Shown: positions 49,601 to 63,682, counted from the stretch's first letter. The stretch: DNA of 64,000 nucleotides from Raillietiella orientalis (GCA_036172245.1 JAYWIR010000041.1:1-64000), one strand, 5' to 3'. Translations and numbers: made by a program. Notes: generated from the letters alone by a model not told the origin.

Positions 49601-52600
49601 GAAGCAGAGGAGCATCCCGCGGAAAGCAAATGAGACGATGCACAAGAGGATGTTTCTTGTACTTCCCCATTGTACATACTGAAAAGATTGAGGAATAAGA
49701 CAATTCTGATGTTTGTGCATTCGACAAAAAGGAAAAAGAACAAGTCTTCCTCAGCATCAGTCTAGAGGTTGTGGTTGCTGCTAAAGTTCCGGACTCGAAA
49801 TTCCACATGTCCAAACTGAATCCCTGACCTGTCGCTTTTCTGTGTGCCTTTTTTTTTACATCCACAATTACGGTCGTATTCAAGATGGGTGGAAGAGACA
49901 ATAAACCTTACTTCCATAAACATTCCTTAAAGTCTCGGGATCAGCAATTCCTATGGACCCCTAGAATTTCAGGACTTTTCGATAGCACTGAAGAGAGCAT
50001 CAAGAGATTCCTCAACGTAAACTGCCAAAACCTTGATGTCAGAGGAGTGCTCTTCCTAATTCTGACTGATACTAATCAGCTAATTCCATTATCTGATGGA
50101 TCCCACCAACTGACACGCCAGAGACCCAAGGCTTGGGCCGCGTATTGCACGAATCAGAAGAGGCCTTCCGAAGGCATGCTGTCTGTGAAGAGCAAAGGGA
50201 AACCGAAGAATTTTTTCAAGATGTCTCTGATGTTCATCGTGAGATGCAGTTCAACGAGATCTGACTCTGCAGATGGATGCAAACCGAGGAAACAATCGTC
50301 GATTCGGCTGAGGCATTTCGTTTCGAAGTTCGATGTTCCATAAAACGCCGAAGGAGAAAAAAAATTCTCCTCAAAATTTGCTTGTTTGTTATTTTTTTGT
50401 TGATGAATGGCATGTAGCATTGCTACTGGGAGTAAAACTGGTCGTTAGAAAGAGATAGGTTTATATTTAGGAGATATCTTCTCTGCTCGACAACAGTGTT
50501 TTTTTTTTCTGCGTGCGTTAAACTTCATAAATCGAGGCTGCTTCTCGTTTTTGGAGAATCAGCAAACCATGAACCAGTCCTCTGTTAGCGCCGTAGGTAT
50601 TAGTAGGCACCCACCCGAATGTAGATGCCACTTTTAGAGACTGCATCTGCTTAGATTCCAGAATCGGTTCCAGGAGCAAGTATAAAGAAGGAACCAGATA
50701 TTCTGATCGTAAAAGAATTCTCGCTCATAGCTGGAATCTGGGTCTATCACATCTCTAGTGTTCACCTCGGGAATCCAGTGCCCTCTCCCTATCTGTACCT
50801 TTCAAAGTCATTTCTTCTTTGTGTGTGGTTTTCTCTACAACCTGTCCCTTTTGCCTTACTTCGAGACCTCACATCCAGGGAGGGATACTCACTTAACAAG
50901 ACAAAGCATCGTGTCGAATATCGTGGCAAGGATGAGGTTCAAAACGCGACCTATTCGCCGAAAGGCAGTGCCACGCTCCAAAAGAATCCACGAGCCAAAT
51001 CCTCTCTCTGATTCGGGTGCTCTGGAGCCTCTTTTTGGAGCCAGTGGAACGAAGCGGATTTATGTGCGGGGGTTCGTGTTCTACAAGTGGCGTGATGTTG
51101 TACCCTCCCTCCAGCACGCCATTTCTAAAGTAGAAACAATGACCGATGACTAGGGGATGCTCCACTATCTTCATTGTCTGGCAGTCTTCTCCACTCCGTC
51201 CTCTTTGCGGTGATCTTATGAGGGTTTGCATACCCAGTCTGGTAAGCCAACCTGTGCTTCTATTAGAATTCCTTAGACTAGAGTATGTTGGAGCACACCA
51301 GCTTACTCTTCATGGCCGAGCGCTGTCCATCTCTTTGGTTCTCCCGTAAAAGGTCATCTGATGTAGTGGTATTCCCAGTGCTTGTTCTCTCATATCATTA
51401 AATCTAGTTTTCGAGTGTCTTCTCGGCTATTCTATCATTAAGAGTAGTATTTTTACTAGCTCTAGAAGTATTGTCATTGGTTCTTTCATAGTTCTTTGTT
51501 CTCTAGGAAACTTTAGGTTTACCAGAAAAGATTTTTTGTCTGTTTCTTGAGTCATCATTGTTGTGAAATCCATGAGGTGTTCCCAAGTCGATGAGGAGGC
51601 GTGGGGAAGAGATGGATACAAAGAGATATTCGAACTTGTATACAAAGACAAGAATGTTTGACAGGAACTTCCCTTCCCATGGCAACCTACTGTAGACTTG
51701 AAATCCGAAGAGGACCACGAATTCATTCGACAAGATTCTAATATATCAGTTCGTCAGAGGATAGCATGAGCGTCGTCATGCACCTACGGTCTGCTTGTTT
51801 TTTCTTCTTCCCGTAGAAAATTGAAACGAAAGCAACATTCATCTTCTTGTGCTTTTCACAAGCACAAGAAGATGCATTCGCTCTTCCTTCACACTTACTG
51901 CTTTTCAAAAAGCTTTCAGTGCGGAAACAAGGCATTTCATCTATTTCTCTTGTGCTTCAGAATCATGCCGCTGTTCGGAGCACAAGCTAGTGCTCGTTAG
52001 GAATGAAAAGCCATCCTCAGCGCATCAGATCCACAAAATAGCATTGTGACCTGAAAAAATATGCACATATTTTTCGTATTTGCGAGCGGAAAAGAAGCAA
52101 ATGTAATGCCTGTAAGCATAAACAGCTCCCTAAAAAACCTTCATCCGGCACATTTCAGCACAGCTTCTCGGAAGCTGATCGCCAATCCACCAGAGCTCTT
52201 TGTAATCTCTCTTACTCTATCAGCTATTCACAGGATCGATTCATCTCTCATGTATCGACCTGCGAACGAAGCTAAAAGACCGCGTGTTCCATCCGAAAGT
52301 CCTTGACTAAGTTTTGGCTTTGGGAATGTATCTTCCATGTACCTGTCGTTATGGTTCAGGAGAGACATTTTTTATCATATCATACATTAACGACTCCGGC
52401 TTCTAATCGGAAAGATGTTTTCACTTTTATTTTTCACAGGTGGAGATGCCGGACGTTTCTGACTCAGAAAAGAGAACCCGTAGATTTCTGGATTGCAAAT
52501 CACCTGTAATGTATCATTTATAAAGTACATGCATCATCTAAGTGCATCAAAGGCTTGCTCAGGGGATAGCTCGAAGTTTAAAATTATCAGCCGCATGCAT

Positions 52601-53488
52601 CCAACTCGAACTATGCTGTCTCAGTATTTCTAATGCCGAATATGACCAGATAATCAGAGTTCGTCTGCTGAGCAAAGAAAACGAGGGAAGGAAAATTTCC
52701 TTTAAGATTGTTTCTTTCCGTTCTCAAAACGTGAACTTGTCTCTGTAGAGCCCAATATCATAAAATCATGGAGGCTGCTACCCAGATGAGTGTTTTCCTC
52801 TTCCATTGATCGATTTACAAAAACAATTTACAGAATTTTTCTCTTTGGATTGTCTCTCTTGATTAGCTGAATCATTATTAGTGCTACAAGCTACCACCAT
52901 TTTTGGTTTCACATTCTCTTGCGGTTGTGCAGCCACAGTCATTATCTATTTGAACTACATTTCTTGAAGAAAACGGAAGGGTTGCATTGAAAAAACTCGT
53001 GACAGCTACAAGATCTTCGTGTGCTACTCACCTCTTTTCGATCTGAAAGCTGACATCCCACAGGGCAGAAAGAATATGCCTCCCGCACATTATTTACGTA
53101 GGTATTTTGAGTTTCCGGGTTATAGAATGGGATGATAGAGGATGAGATTTCTTTACAACATTGGTGCATAATTCAAATAGGCATGGAAGATGGGATCAGT
53201 CGAATGTAGTAAGTTGAAAGGGAGTACACAACCGTATCAACAGAAGCTGACATATTTATCAAAGAATCCCAGATACCAATTACTAGAAATAGGTGAGGGA
53301 AATTTTAAAATCGATCCTTCCAATCAGAGTTTTGCAGCTGTTAGAAGATCAGAATATCTCTGATTCAAGAAAAGAACGTGAAAGATTTGCTTTTCAGCTG
53401 AAAAATCCACATGGATGGAGAGGAAAAAAAAAAATACTTCATATGATCAAAGGATCCTAAACATTTTGATGAAGAGGAGGCCTAGGCT

Positions 53489-53908
53489 GTTGTTTTGCAG
53501 CTCTGTGAAGAATCAGAATGTCGGCGCAGTAGAACGCTCGGAAAGTGTTCTTAGTTCATGTATAATGGAAGCGTGTTTGAAGGAGGTGTGAGGAAATGTT
53601 CCGGAGCAAAGAAAATGATTAGGTTCAGTGTCATTCTCTCGCTTGAGATGATCTGCAAACGTGATTGGACTCCCGTAGCAGACAAACTGGGTCTCCTCTT
53701 CATCAAAATGTCTAGAATCATATGAAGGCAAATCACGTTTGCAGATCATCTCAAGCGAGAGAATGACACTGAACCTAATCATTTTCTTTGCTCTGGAACA
53801 CTTCCTCACACCTCCTTCAAGTCCGCTTCCATTAAACATGAACTAAGAACACTTTCTGAACGTCCTACTACACCGACATTCCTATTCTTCACCGAGTTGC
53901 AAAACAAC
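53489..53908. repeat. Long inverted repeat, 178-bp arms and 64-bp spacer
   Basis: Arms 53489-53666 and 53731-53908 align without gaps with about 15 mismatches; the inner ~60 bp is perfect. A (CAA/CAG)n tract follows. Confidence 0.97.
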
Positions 53909-55179
53909 AACAGCAACAACAGCAACAAAAATCCTTCAGCTTGTTTACAAATTCGAAAGATTTCCACCTTTGAAGCATCACTTCAAAATTTCCTCTCGAT
54001 CAATCGGTTCAAGGAGTCCTTGAGTTTCACGTTCTCGCTTCATGATTCACTTGAGGATTAACCTTGCACCCGACTCTCCTCTCGGAGGAGTTAACGCACT
54101 TCCGCCCTTCCGAAGGTTACAGTGTCTCATACCTGTCGTGGATTCACTTCGCCTCCATTTCTGGGCAGAATTGCACTGCTCTGCACAACCCCCCTTTTCT
54201 CTCTCATTCTTCTTTTCCTCCCTGCTTCAGTGCTTATCGAATCCATCCCTTCTTTCCCATCCTAGAATCGGAGATGGTGATTGCCCGAGAAAGGTTCAGA
54301 AGGATTTTTCTATCCGGAGGTGATGCAACACGGCGTCACACACAGATCCCACTTCTCTCTTCAGTCTGCAATTCGCTTTCTTGCTTTCGTATGAACACGT
54401 GTTAACTCGTGCCAACTGACAACTCTCGGCTCTACTGCCTGCATCCACCGTCGTAGGTGGGACTGGAGCATCGGTTCAATGTGTTCACAATAGCTATCAT
54501 AGCAGCACACTATTTCCGATGGCAAAGAATCCTTCGTTCGTTGATCATCCGTCCGTTTTGTCGGTCATTGGGTCTCCTCTTAAGTGGGAACGCCTATTTG
54601 AAGACGAAATCTGCAAGGGACAACGCAGGAGATGGTTGGAAACAAGGCATCCAATATGAAACCGTTCGCGATTAAGAGTGTATTTTTTTCCAGTTCCTCT
54701 TGTCCGATGACATGTATTTTGCACACGTTTTTGATAGGAAGAGATCAGCTCATGTGACACGAAAGAAATCGAACGGCTTAATTTTTTCAAAATTCCCCCC
54801 CCCCCTCCAAGCTATCGAGTCTTTTTCTTACGGATTTAGAACGGAGCTTTGATGCTCAATGGAATGATGCAGCCATTAAAAATCCCAGCATTTGCGTTTC
54901 GGCTTCCATCTTTATAATTTCCATGGTCCATGTGTTGCATTTGATGGAGGAATTTTTTAATGATTCAGAGGAGGAAAAGAGGTCTCAAAGAAAGATGCTT
55001 TGAAAGTACCCAAAATTTCGTCTGTGGGCAATTCATGAGCGTCGAAGAGCATCCTACCAGTATTTTCGGCAATAGATGTGCCAAAGGTGATTTAGGATTG
55101 AAACAAAAAATGCGCGTAATGTCTTTTCCCGTGTGAACAAAGGTATATGTATAGAAAACTGAAGATGACTGCTTGAAGT

Positions 55180-55435
55180 ACGCGAAAAATGCATACGTTT
55201 GCTCGTGTCATATGTGCAGCAATTGTATTTGTATGCTACAATATCACACGTACGCGCTCATGGGCGCGCGCACGCAAGTACTGTACACATACTTTCTGAA
55301 TACGTAGTTGAGAACGCGAGTATGCACACGTGTACAAGCACCAACGCATCTTTGTATGAACCTGTATGTATCCTGCAAACGCGCGATGAGTTCTTCTGTA
55401 TACTATGATATTACTACGTATGTATGTGCGTATTC
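55180..55435. repeat. Alternating purine-pyrimidine-rich low-complexity tract
   Basis: Dense TACG/CACG/GCGCGC/TATG/TGCA words, e.g. CACACGTACGCGC, GGCGCGCGCACGCA, TACGTATGTATGTGCGTA. Confidence 0.6.
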
Positions 55436-58132
55436 ATTCATAAAATGCCGATTCAAAGCATCGAGAGAGCGCCATCTCTCTCTTTCATGTTTGCTTCCAC
55501 GTGTGTATGGCCGTTTTCTACAAGCAGCATCCACGATAAGATTTAGAAACTTTCCAGAATGCGCTGATGGCTTACGCAAACCAGAAAACTACGACTCTGG
55601 GAAACGGTCAGGAAACTGCCAAAGCCATCTGAGCATCAGCACAATTCTCCGAAAGCGCATACTTCGCGAACCAAAGCTCATCCGTTGCTAGGGCGAACGA
55701 CATTGTTGCCAACATTCTTGCAAATTATTGTCATTCGCAAGTCGCATTTTCCTGGTAATTAAACTTTTTTCCCCTTTGTTTTCATTTTCAATTTTTTTTT
55801 CTTGCTAAGAAAATGAACCCATGCGTTGGCTGCAGTCAGCATTCACCGAGACCGATGATGAATCACCATTGCCCCCACAATCACTATTTGCAAAACAGAT
55901 TTCAAAATTCAGATGGCCAGAGGACCGGGAAGCCTCTAACGCCAAGCAGCCATGGAGGCGTGCCACACGGCACCTCTTGTCAATGTGGAAGTTTCAACCG
56001 AGCCAAAAATTTAATACCTTCGAAAACGATGCCATCAAGAACACCGAACAGTGTCACATGGGCATGTCAGCATAAATTTAATCAGAGTAAATCAAACCGA
56101 GATCAGGAAAAAAATGAAGAAATGAACTCTGCCTGCCTAAAGGGATGGGAGAGGAATATGCCATTCCCTTCCCGCAAGCCTTCAACACCAAGGTATAAGA
56201 GTTATCGATCTCCAGAAATATAGTAGGCTTCCCGGAAACGCCGCGCCATCCTTCATACGTGAATCTGTATTGCAAAATAAAGTGAAAGAAAATCAGATAA
56301 GGAGTGCTATTTATTTGGCTGAGTGCATTCATAAGAACCGGAAGGGGAAAAAGAAAAAAAAAAAAATGCATGTACACGAAAATTCTGACGGCATTTCGAG
56401 CTATACAGATGACATATTGATCCAAATGTGTGCATGTGTGCAGCCCGGGAACTGGATGATGATACGGCCCTAGCCCTATTTAAATTCTTTTAAGTTACAC
56501 GTCACAGAAAAGTTTCCAAGATTCCAGAAGAATTTCCATTCTTCGTTTTCGAAAATTCATCTGTTGCAATCACTCATTCTGGTCGTTCTTATTCATTGGT
56601 TCGACTGTAAAGCCATTCGTTTACTGCATGGAATCGTATCAGAGCAAGCATGGGTCCGATAACGGAGAGACATGAAGGAGAGGACAATCATCTGTAAGCT
56701 ATAGTCAGCTTTCTAAAATGAATGATAAATATCAATTATTGCCTGCTAAGTAATTATTTCAACCTTGCTTTACCTTAAAATAGCATCTGTCCAGTACGTT
56801 AGTAGTGTGTCTGGAATGGGAGTTTGGGATCGCACGAGGTCAGGAATGAATTCATTGATGGGAATTGTTAGTAAGTCGCGATTGGTCCTCGTCCTTAGGA
56901 GTTTAGATCCGAGACAGCTGAGATACAGAGCAGCCGCAGTGTGATTTCGGAACGGTTTGGCGCACAAACGAAATGCAAATACCAATATTCATATGTAGGG
57001 ATGTGGAAGATGGCAATCCTAGACAAAAGGTTGCAAGTCACCTTTAAGAGGACTCAGGTCAGGTTAAGAACCCCGTTCAGAATCGAATTTCCTGTGCAAC
57101 TTCAATTATATATGAAAGTTTCATGGCCATTCCTCTTTTTTTTTTCGAAGCATATGTTCGTGGTTTCATGAAGAAACGCCTGCTTACGTTTTTAAGATAT
57201 GGCTATGGAATTACATTGGTACCAGGTGTTCGCAAACATTTTAATTAAATAGTATGCAATCAATTATGCATACGTAATTATTATACAGTGCAAGATTTGG
57301 CTGAATTAAGTTGTTGCATAATACGCACGTCTAAGTACTCTAAAAAAACATTCCTACATGAATGCACGTTTGCAATACCGAGCCACAGACTCCATTGCTG
57401 CCTTTTTTTTTTTAGTCCTGGAGAGAGTTGAGAGATCTTTCTCTTGAGCTGGGATGGAATGGGCTAATTGAGATCAAATACCTTAAAAAGAAAGGGATTT
57501 GATATCCTCATGATAAGCTCCTTTTTGATTTGCCCCTCTTGAACAAGATGACTGTGGATTTTTCAAGCAAATTATTCCTGATTTTTTTCGAGGGAACTTT
57601 TCAGGCATTCGGTCAGCATGCACGCTTTTGATTCAGGTGCGAAGTGCAATTCACGTCCTGTTCCAGATCAGTTCTCTTCATTCGCTCAGGAAATCGATTT
57701 TTCTTTGAAGAGCCACATCGTTCTCTTTTTGTGCTTTTTTCAGGATTAGCGATCATCATTCCCTTCTAATCTTGGGTTCCCTTGCATTTTTCACTACTTG
57801 CATCATTCCGCTTCACAACTGCATCTGGAACGAGGTAAAACTTTTTTGCTGCCCCAAATTGAAAATGCATCTGGATGTACCCTGCCCACCTGCAGTTCTG
57901 TTACAAGATAAAAACGACATCTTTCGGAAAGGAAGATCAAGAAAATCTGCTCATACCTAATGGTAATACTAATCCTCACAACAGATGACTTCTCATTTCG
58001 GATGTCCTCTTGAGTTTCTTCCGCTCTATAGGATCACTTTTTTAAACTTCAGTAGTGGATTTCCTGGATCCATGCTCAGCTGTTTACACTGTTCTTCAGC
58101 ACCCTTCTTTGACTGTCGCAAGGACTGAAACA

Positions 58133-58617
58133 TAGTGAGGTTCCCGTATAACGTGGGAGGTACATCCGCGTTATAAGAGCCCCTCGAGTTATACGTGGAT
58201 GAAATAGCAGTCTTCATAAAAGATAGAGGAATTGCCTTAAACGTTGCAGCATTAGGAAACAAACAATTAAATTACTAATTTTTTAACTCAAATTAAAGAA
58301 AAACTTTTAGAGTTTTGTTCCTATCCAATCATCAATCTAAACAATTCTATAGTTTCAGCCCTACCATTCTCGTTATTGAAAAATGCATCCTCTTGCGCTA
58401 TTTTATTCACAAAAATTTAATTAGAATAGTATTTAACCTACTTAAATCACGCTCTAGAAATTTTTTTTTTTAAGCATCTGAACTGAGGCTGCACCACAAA
58501 AATTAACTTGGATCCACAGCGTGTGGCACGGGCTGATCCGCCGCGTTATGCAGGGGCCATTGCCATTTTTTCGTCGCATTATACGAATTCGTGTTATACG
58601 GGGGGGGGGGTCTACTG
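58133..58617 (-). mobile_element. Tc1/pogo-type MITE, inverted copy of the 63307-63682 family
   Basis: Reverse complement of 58505-58617 (CAGTAGACCC..CGTATAACACGAATTCGTATAATGCGACGAAAAAATGGC) matches the left end of the 63307 element. The other end, ...CCCGTATAACG...CATCCGCGTTATA, lies at 58133-58200. Confidence 0.8.
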
Positions 58618-59099
58618 CATACATGGCACAGAGGAGCAAGGGGGAGCAAAGATCTTTTTCATCTCAGGAATCGTCGCGATGAACGAACAATAAGGCAGCA
58701 ACTGATGCCGGGAGAAATAATAAAGAGGAACAATTTTCAACAGTCATCTGCAAGATAAAATACAGTCAATTCAGAGATCGCAACATCCTAAATTGAGTGT
58801 GTTTCTCAACTAATTCCTTGTTGGGTGGTTTCATGGATTCAGCCGTGCTCGGAAAATCCTTGATTTAATGCGTGATTTTCATCTATGGGAGATATTGTAC
58901 AACAGATTGAAAGCCAACAACTCTGTGCTTGCTTCGTGCTACAGAGCTGTCTCCCTAACTGGAACCGTACTCTTCTTTCCTTGTTAAGCCATCTATCTTT
59001 TAGAACCACGGGAATTCTGGCTGCATCATAAGAGAACGCGCCGCTGTTTAAGTATCCTAGAAGTACAGACGCAAGTCTCGAAGATGAAGATCGAGGCAA

Positions 59100-61300
59100 T
59101 CCTACACACAGAGTGCAAACCTCGAGACGGAGCATTCTGAGTATCGGAACTTTCGCCACACATCATCGCTGTCGCTTTTCCTTATCTTCATGCCCGATGC
59201 GATTGAAAGAGTTCATTCGGATTTTGAAGAGCGCCGTAGCAAGGTTTCCGAATCCGGGGGCAGCGCACCATAAGGTCCTCTCCTCAAAAGTGCGTGCCAT
59301 TCATTTATCAAGACACGGGATTGTAAATCGACGCAGTCTACTCAGCTTACGAAACGGTTCATATCCGCGGATACATCTGAGGAGCGGATGCATAAGATGC
59401 ACGAGCGAACACTATGAGGCTAAGGCTTGTCGTGTATCGTGCATCATTGCATTAAGCAGCCTTAACACGAGGGCAGCGGAAGTCGACGAGTTGGTTGAGG
59501 CGGGGCACCAGTAAACGCTCTTGAAACGTTCGGACATTTTGTTACTGCCAGTGCTCGATTCCCGGATCGCTTCTGAGGTACGGGAAAGGAAGATGCCAGC
59601 AGTGCTGTTCGCGTGAACGTTGACGACGAACTTGCCGGCAGCAGTTTCCTTGCTTGCAATCAAATCTTTCGGTCGATCGTGCTCCCTGGTTCTACTATGT
59701 GACCATTCCCTGACTGCGTGGAATCGAATCAGCTTCGGTCTTGCTTCCACCGTGCAGCTGCTAATTGACAAGTCGTTGCTTTGGGGACTGTCGGAGCAAA
59801 AGGTGGATGACCCTTCTGCAGCCCTCTCCAGTCACCTTGCTTGAGGCTGATTTTTGGCACGAACCCTGGCTTTCGAGAGACTCGCTTGCTTCATGCTTCG
59901 CAAGGAATGAAAATCCTCTTGCAGGTCTCACAGAAAAAACTCTGCTCTTAATTCTCACCCTACTGATTTCTGTGTTTCTTGCTAGACATAAACGCTACCT
60001 TCTACGGCACGATGTAGGTGCGGGCCGTAGACTTCATCACGTCTCGAGAGTAGCTCTAATAATTACGATGGTGCTTGTCTTTGGTTGCACCAGGGATTCT
60101 GGATAGGTAATTTATTCCAAGAGGACCATATCCTCTCAAATCCCGGAGGAAAGAGCCATTTCTTTTTCTATGGGCGTTCTGGAAAGTTTTCCGCATTTCT
60201 CACTCTCGAATCGGAAACGGAAAAAGCTCGTTTTCCTTTCTGTGAGGTCGAAGAACTTGTTTCTATCCTCGTTCATCTCTTCATCTGCCCGAATAACTTG
60301 TCTTCAGATCTCTCGCTCTCTCGTTATCGTAATTGTGCTTTTGTTGACCCTTCTCCTAGTGATCAAAGACCGATTCGTTCGCCTGCATTTGCATGTTGCC
60401 CGTGCCATTTCTCCACTCTTTTTTCTTCTTCTCAGAATGAGCCCTAATGATGAAAAAGAGGATCTGAAGATGCTTATGTTTTTTTTTTTGTCTTCGAGTG
60501 TTTTGTCAATCAATTCGAGCATTATTCACTGCTGTATTGCACGCCTCTGTTCTTCGAGCTCTGCAGTTTCGCACCTCTAGGAGAGAGCTCAAGGAAGAAC
60601 ACTCCTCGGGGAAGTCCAGCCAAGTCCCAATATTGGGACTTGGTTGGTTTAGTCAGGAGACCTCTGTCGCTTGCTCCTTTAGACATCTTGAATTTAGGGA
60701 AGAAAAAGAAGACATTCTCCTCAAGGATTTTCCTCTTCAATTTCTTCGAGGTGTGGTGCTAATGCTGGCACAGAACGATACGGAGAAGGCATCACCTCGC
60801 TTTCGTGCCACGGACGACGGGACCTGTCGCAACAACAAATACCATCATGCGACGCTCCGAAGGGGTCCCTCTGGCCTGCAGCAAACGCGCCCCTGGTCTA
60901 GCTTCTCAGTTTCCGTTCAATAGTTTCTCTGGTTCCTTCCAATAGTTCTGGTTGAAAGTTCTGCAACCCTTCGGAAAAAGAGGGAGCTCTGCAAAAAAGG
61001 AGAAGGAAAGATTCACCTCCTTAAAGCATGTGTTCGGCTCCTTATGTTGTCCTTAGACTTTGAAGGGAAGCCATCATCCACAGACCAGTTCTTCGATTCT
61101 TAAAGCGTTGTTGTTACAGAAGAATTGGTTTCGCGGTTTCGACCCACGGAATGGCTTTACTTGTTTCTTGCAGTATGAAAAATTCGCCGCGAGACCCAGC
61201 CTGAGCGCAAGCACTATGAGTGCATGAAGCTCTCATGACGAGTGTAGTACTTGAAGAGTTTTTACTCTCGTCCGCTGCGGGGCATCTTTTTGCGGGAAGC
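59100..61300 (-). mobile_element. Probable third, strongly decayed L1/Tx1-like element (ORF1 knuckle plus start of APE)
   Basis: Minus strand has CCCDRSRRPWHESE (zinc-knuckle-like, ~60795-60840), a basic low-complexity ORF1-like tail, then KFVVNVHA (APE VNVYAP-like, ~59610-59630). Confidence 0.4.
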
Positions 61301-63306
61301 CCTTGGAGTTTCGTGTATCTCTGGACCGCGTATGCGTTTCTTCTGCTGTCATGAAGTGTGCCCACTTGTTCTCTCTAAGTTCACCTCTCTATAAGCACAG
61401 ACCTATGTCGTTCATGCTCAGGCCCTTGGGGCGGTCCAAAGGAATTCTCTTGGAAGCAAGGAGAAGTGTATCCGTACCTTGAGTGAGTGAGAGAGAGAGA
61501 GGATGATGGGAGAAAATGAAGGTTGTGTTCCAAGATTCCAGGGTCGCAGAAAGTTCCTGAACCTCATGAAAAATTCCAAAAATTGCAGAAAGCGTGTGCA
61601 TCAAGCTCGGAAGTGCTTCATTATTGTAATCACTGAGTACGAATCTCTCGTCCCTCTGGTGCGCGATTAGATAAGTTGTAACATCGTGTCTTTAGCAGCA
61701 GCTGTATCTAGGCAAGGGTGTCAGATCTCAGAGTGCTCGTTGTACGGATCTTATGCACCAGGGCGAAATAAAATGAAAAGCCGTGTTCATTACTTGGATA
61801 TTAGGTTGAATGGGGTTGATGCCACATGCAGCATCATTTAGTAGTTGCAACATTCTGGATTCTTATTTACTGACTGCATGATGACACTGTTCCTTAATCT
61901 TTGCAATTCCTCCGTTTCAAAGGGAAAAGAAAAACTTGAAAGTACCTTCAAAAGATAAGACCTCCTACTCTTGGGTCGAACTTTTGACAATCATGATGCA
62001 GCATGAAGCAAAGACTTTTTTCTTCAAGGTGGTAGAACGGGGAGGAAATGCTAAGTGGTGACGGGAATTCACTCAATCTAGAGAGGGAGCCTCCCCTCCT
62101 ACCTCCGAAAGACAAGAGCCATTCGTTGAGGAAAGGGTTCCAGGCTAGTAATCTTTCGTTTAAGAACACATCGAAAATTCTCGAGAACTTCGGTTTCATA
62201 TTAGTGGAGCATCGTTGAATGAAGTAAGTAGCTTCCGCCTCGGGAGTAGAAAGTGAAGACTTAAGTCGAATTCTGATACTGCTCAGCTTGAAGATGAGAA
62301 GAAGAAAGGAATCGCTCAGAAGAGTTTTTCCATGTGTTGCAAACGCTACCATCGGGCAGACCTTACTGCAAGCTTCGGTGCAAGCATCCATAGGAATCCG
62401 TGCTTGCCGGGTTGGAAAGACGGACTCTGATGACCAATGGCTAACCAAGCAGTTCAGAGGGACCATCTACGTGGTCTCGACAAGCTCTGCCGATCCAGCA
62501 GTGAGGTTTCTTATCCCTTTGAGAGAGCACTCACATCCCGTGTCAGCCTCGCCTATCATCTCCATCTGGTTGATTCTCTGTATTTCAAGCTTTGAAGATG
62601 CTAATCAATTGCTTCCTCAATTAAGTTTTCCTCCCCATGTTTTCCAGGGGAAGTGGTTCCATCTTCTGTTGCTCCTATTTTGTGACTGATCTGTCCTATG
62701 CTGAACGTGGGTATCACCAACTAGCAAGGAAAAGAATCGGGAAGGATATGGAAAGCTTCCACTTCCACCGCTGTGCAGAACACCTCAAAAGTGCTGCATC
62801 TCTGTATATTTTGCACCATTTGCTACATTGTCACCGAGGTGTTCCTTGAGGAACGAGGGTGAGTGTGTTTCGGCTCTCATCGTGGAATAGTGTATTTTCT
62901 CTCCACGAGTGCTCCCTCTGAAAGACACGTGACCGTTCTTGTAAGGTGATCATGTCAGCGGAACTCTAAGCGTTACAGTTGTCATCCCAATTCTTGTACT
63001 AGTACGGTATAGCATACGGACTACTCGGACGTTTAACCATGGATTTCTTTAGCGTTATTTCCAAGGAAAAGAAAAGGTCCCGAGAAAGGTCATTTGGCGG
63101 ATCCCAATTTTTCAGAATTTCACAGGTGCCGAGGTCAGTTTTCCGCTTCCAGTCTCCGTGATGCTGAGTTGTGTCTTTCGAGTGAAAACGGTATTTTCAG
63201 CATACCCAACAGGAAGCTGGGAGCTTCGTTTCGTATGCCTTACGATACCTGGATTGGAATTATTTAACAACTAGAGAGTTTTGGAGTCGAAACATGCATT
63301 CTTATA

Positions 63307-63682
63307 CAGTAGACCTCTGTATAACACGGATTCGTATAACGCGACGAAAAAATGGCGACAGCCCCCGCATAACGCGTTGAATCAGTCCCTTATAACACGC
63401 CATGGCTCCACTTTAATTTTTTCGTATAGTGTCAGCTCAGCTGCCTTTAAAAAACTTCCAACACATCATTAAGTAATTTCAATTTTTTATTTTTGTTTCG
63501 AAGTGAAATAGTTCCTATTCTACTGTTGCAACATTTAAGGCAGATTTTTGATGTTTTATAATGCTGCTTTTAAATATCAATTTAAATAAATTTAATTTTA
63601 TCCACGCATAACCCATAGGGTTCGTATAACGCGGATGGGAACAAAGCAGAACATATCCACCGCGTTATACGAGGGTCCACCG
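63307..63682 (+). mobile_element. Tc1/pogo-type MITE with TA target-site duplication
   Basis: TA-CAGTAGACCTCTGTATAACACGG ... CCGCGTTATACGAGGGTCCACCG-TA: imperfect 23-bp TIR, repeated CGTATAACGCG subterminal motif, AT-rich noncoding core. Confidence 0.88.

Noticed and set aside
50758..56985. Scattered LINE-like peptide snippets (KRIYVRG ~51050, zf-RVT-like ~51600 and ~55820, ORF 56770-56985)
   Set aside because: Probably more LINE debris, but too degenerate to call without profile searches.
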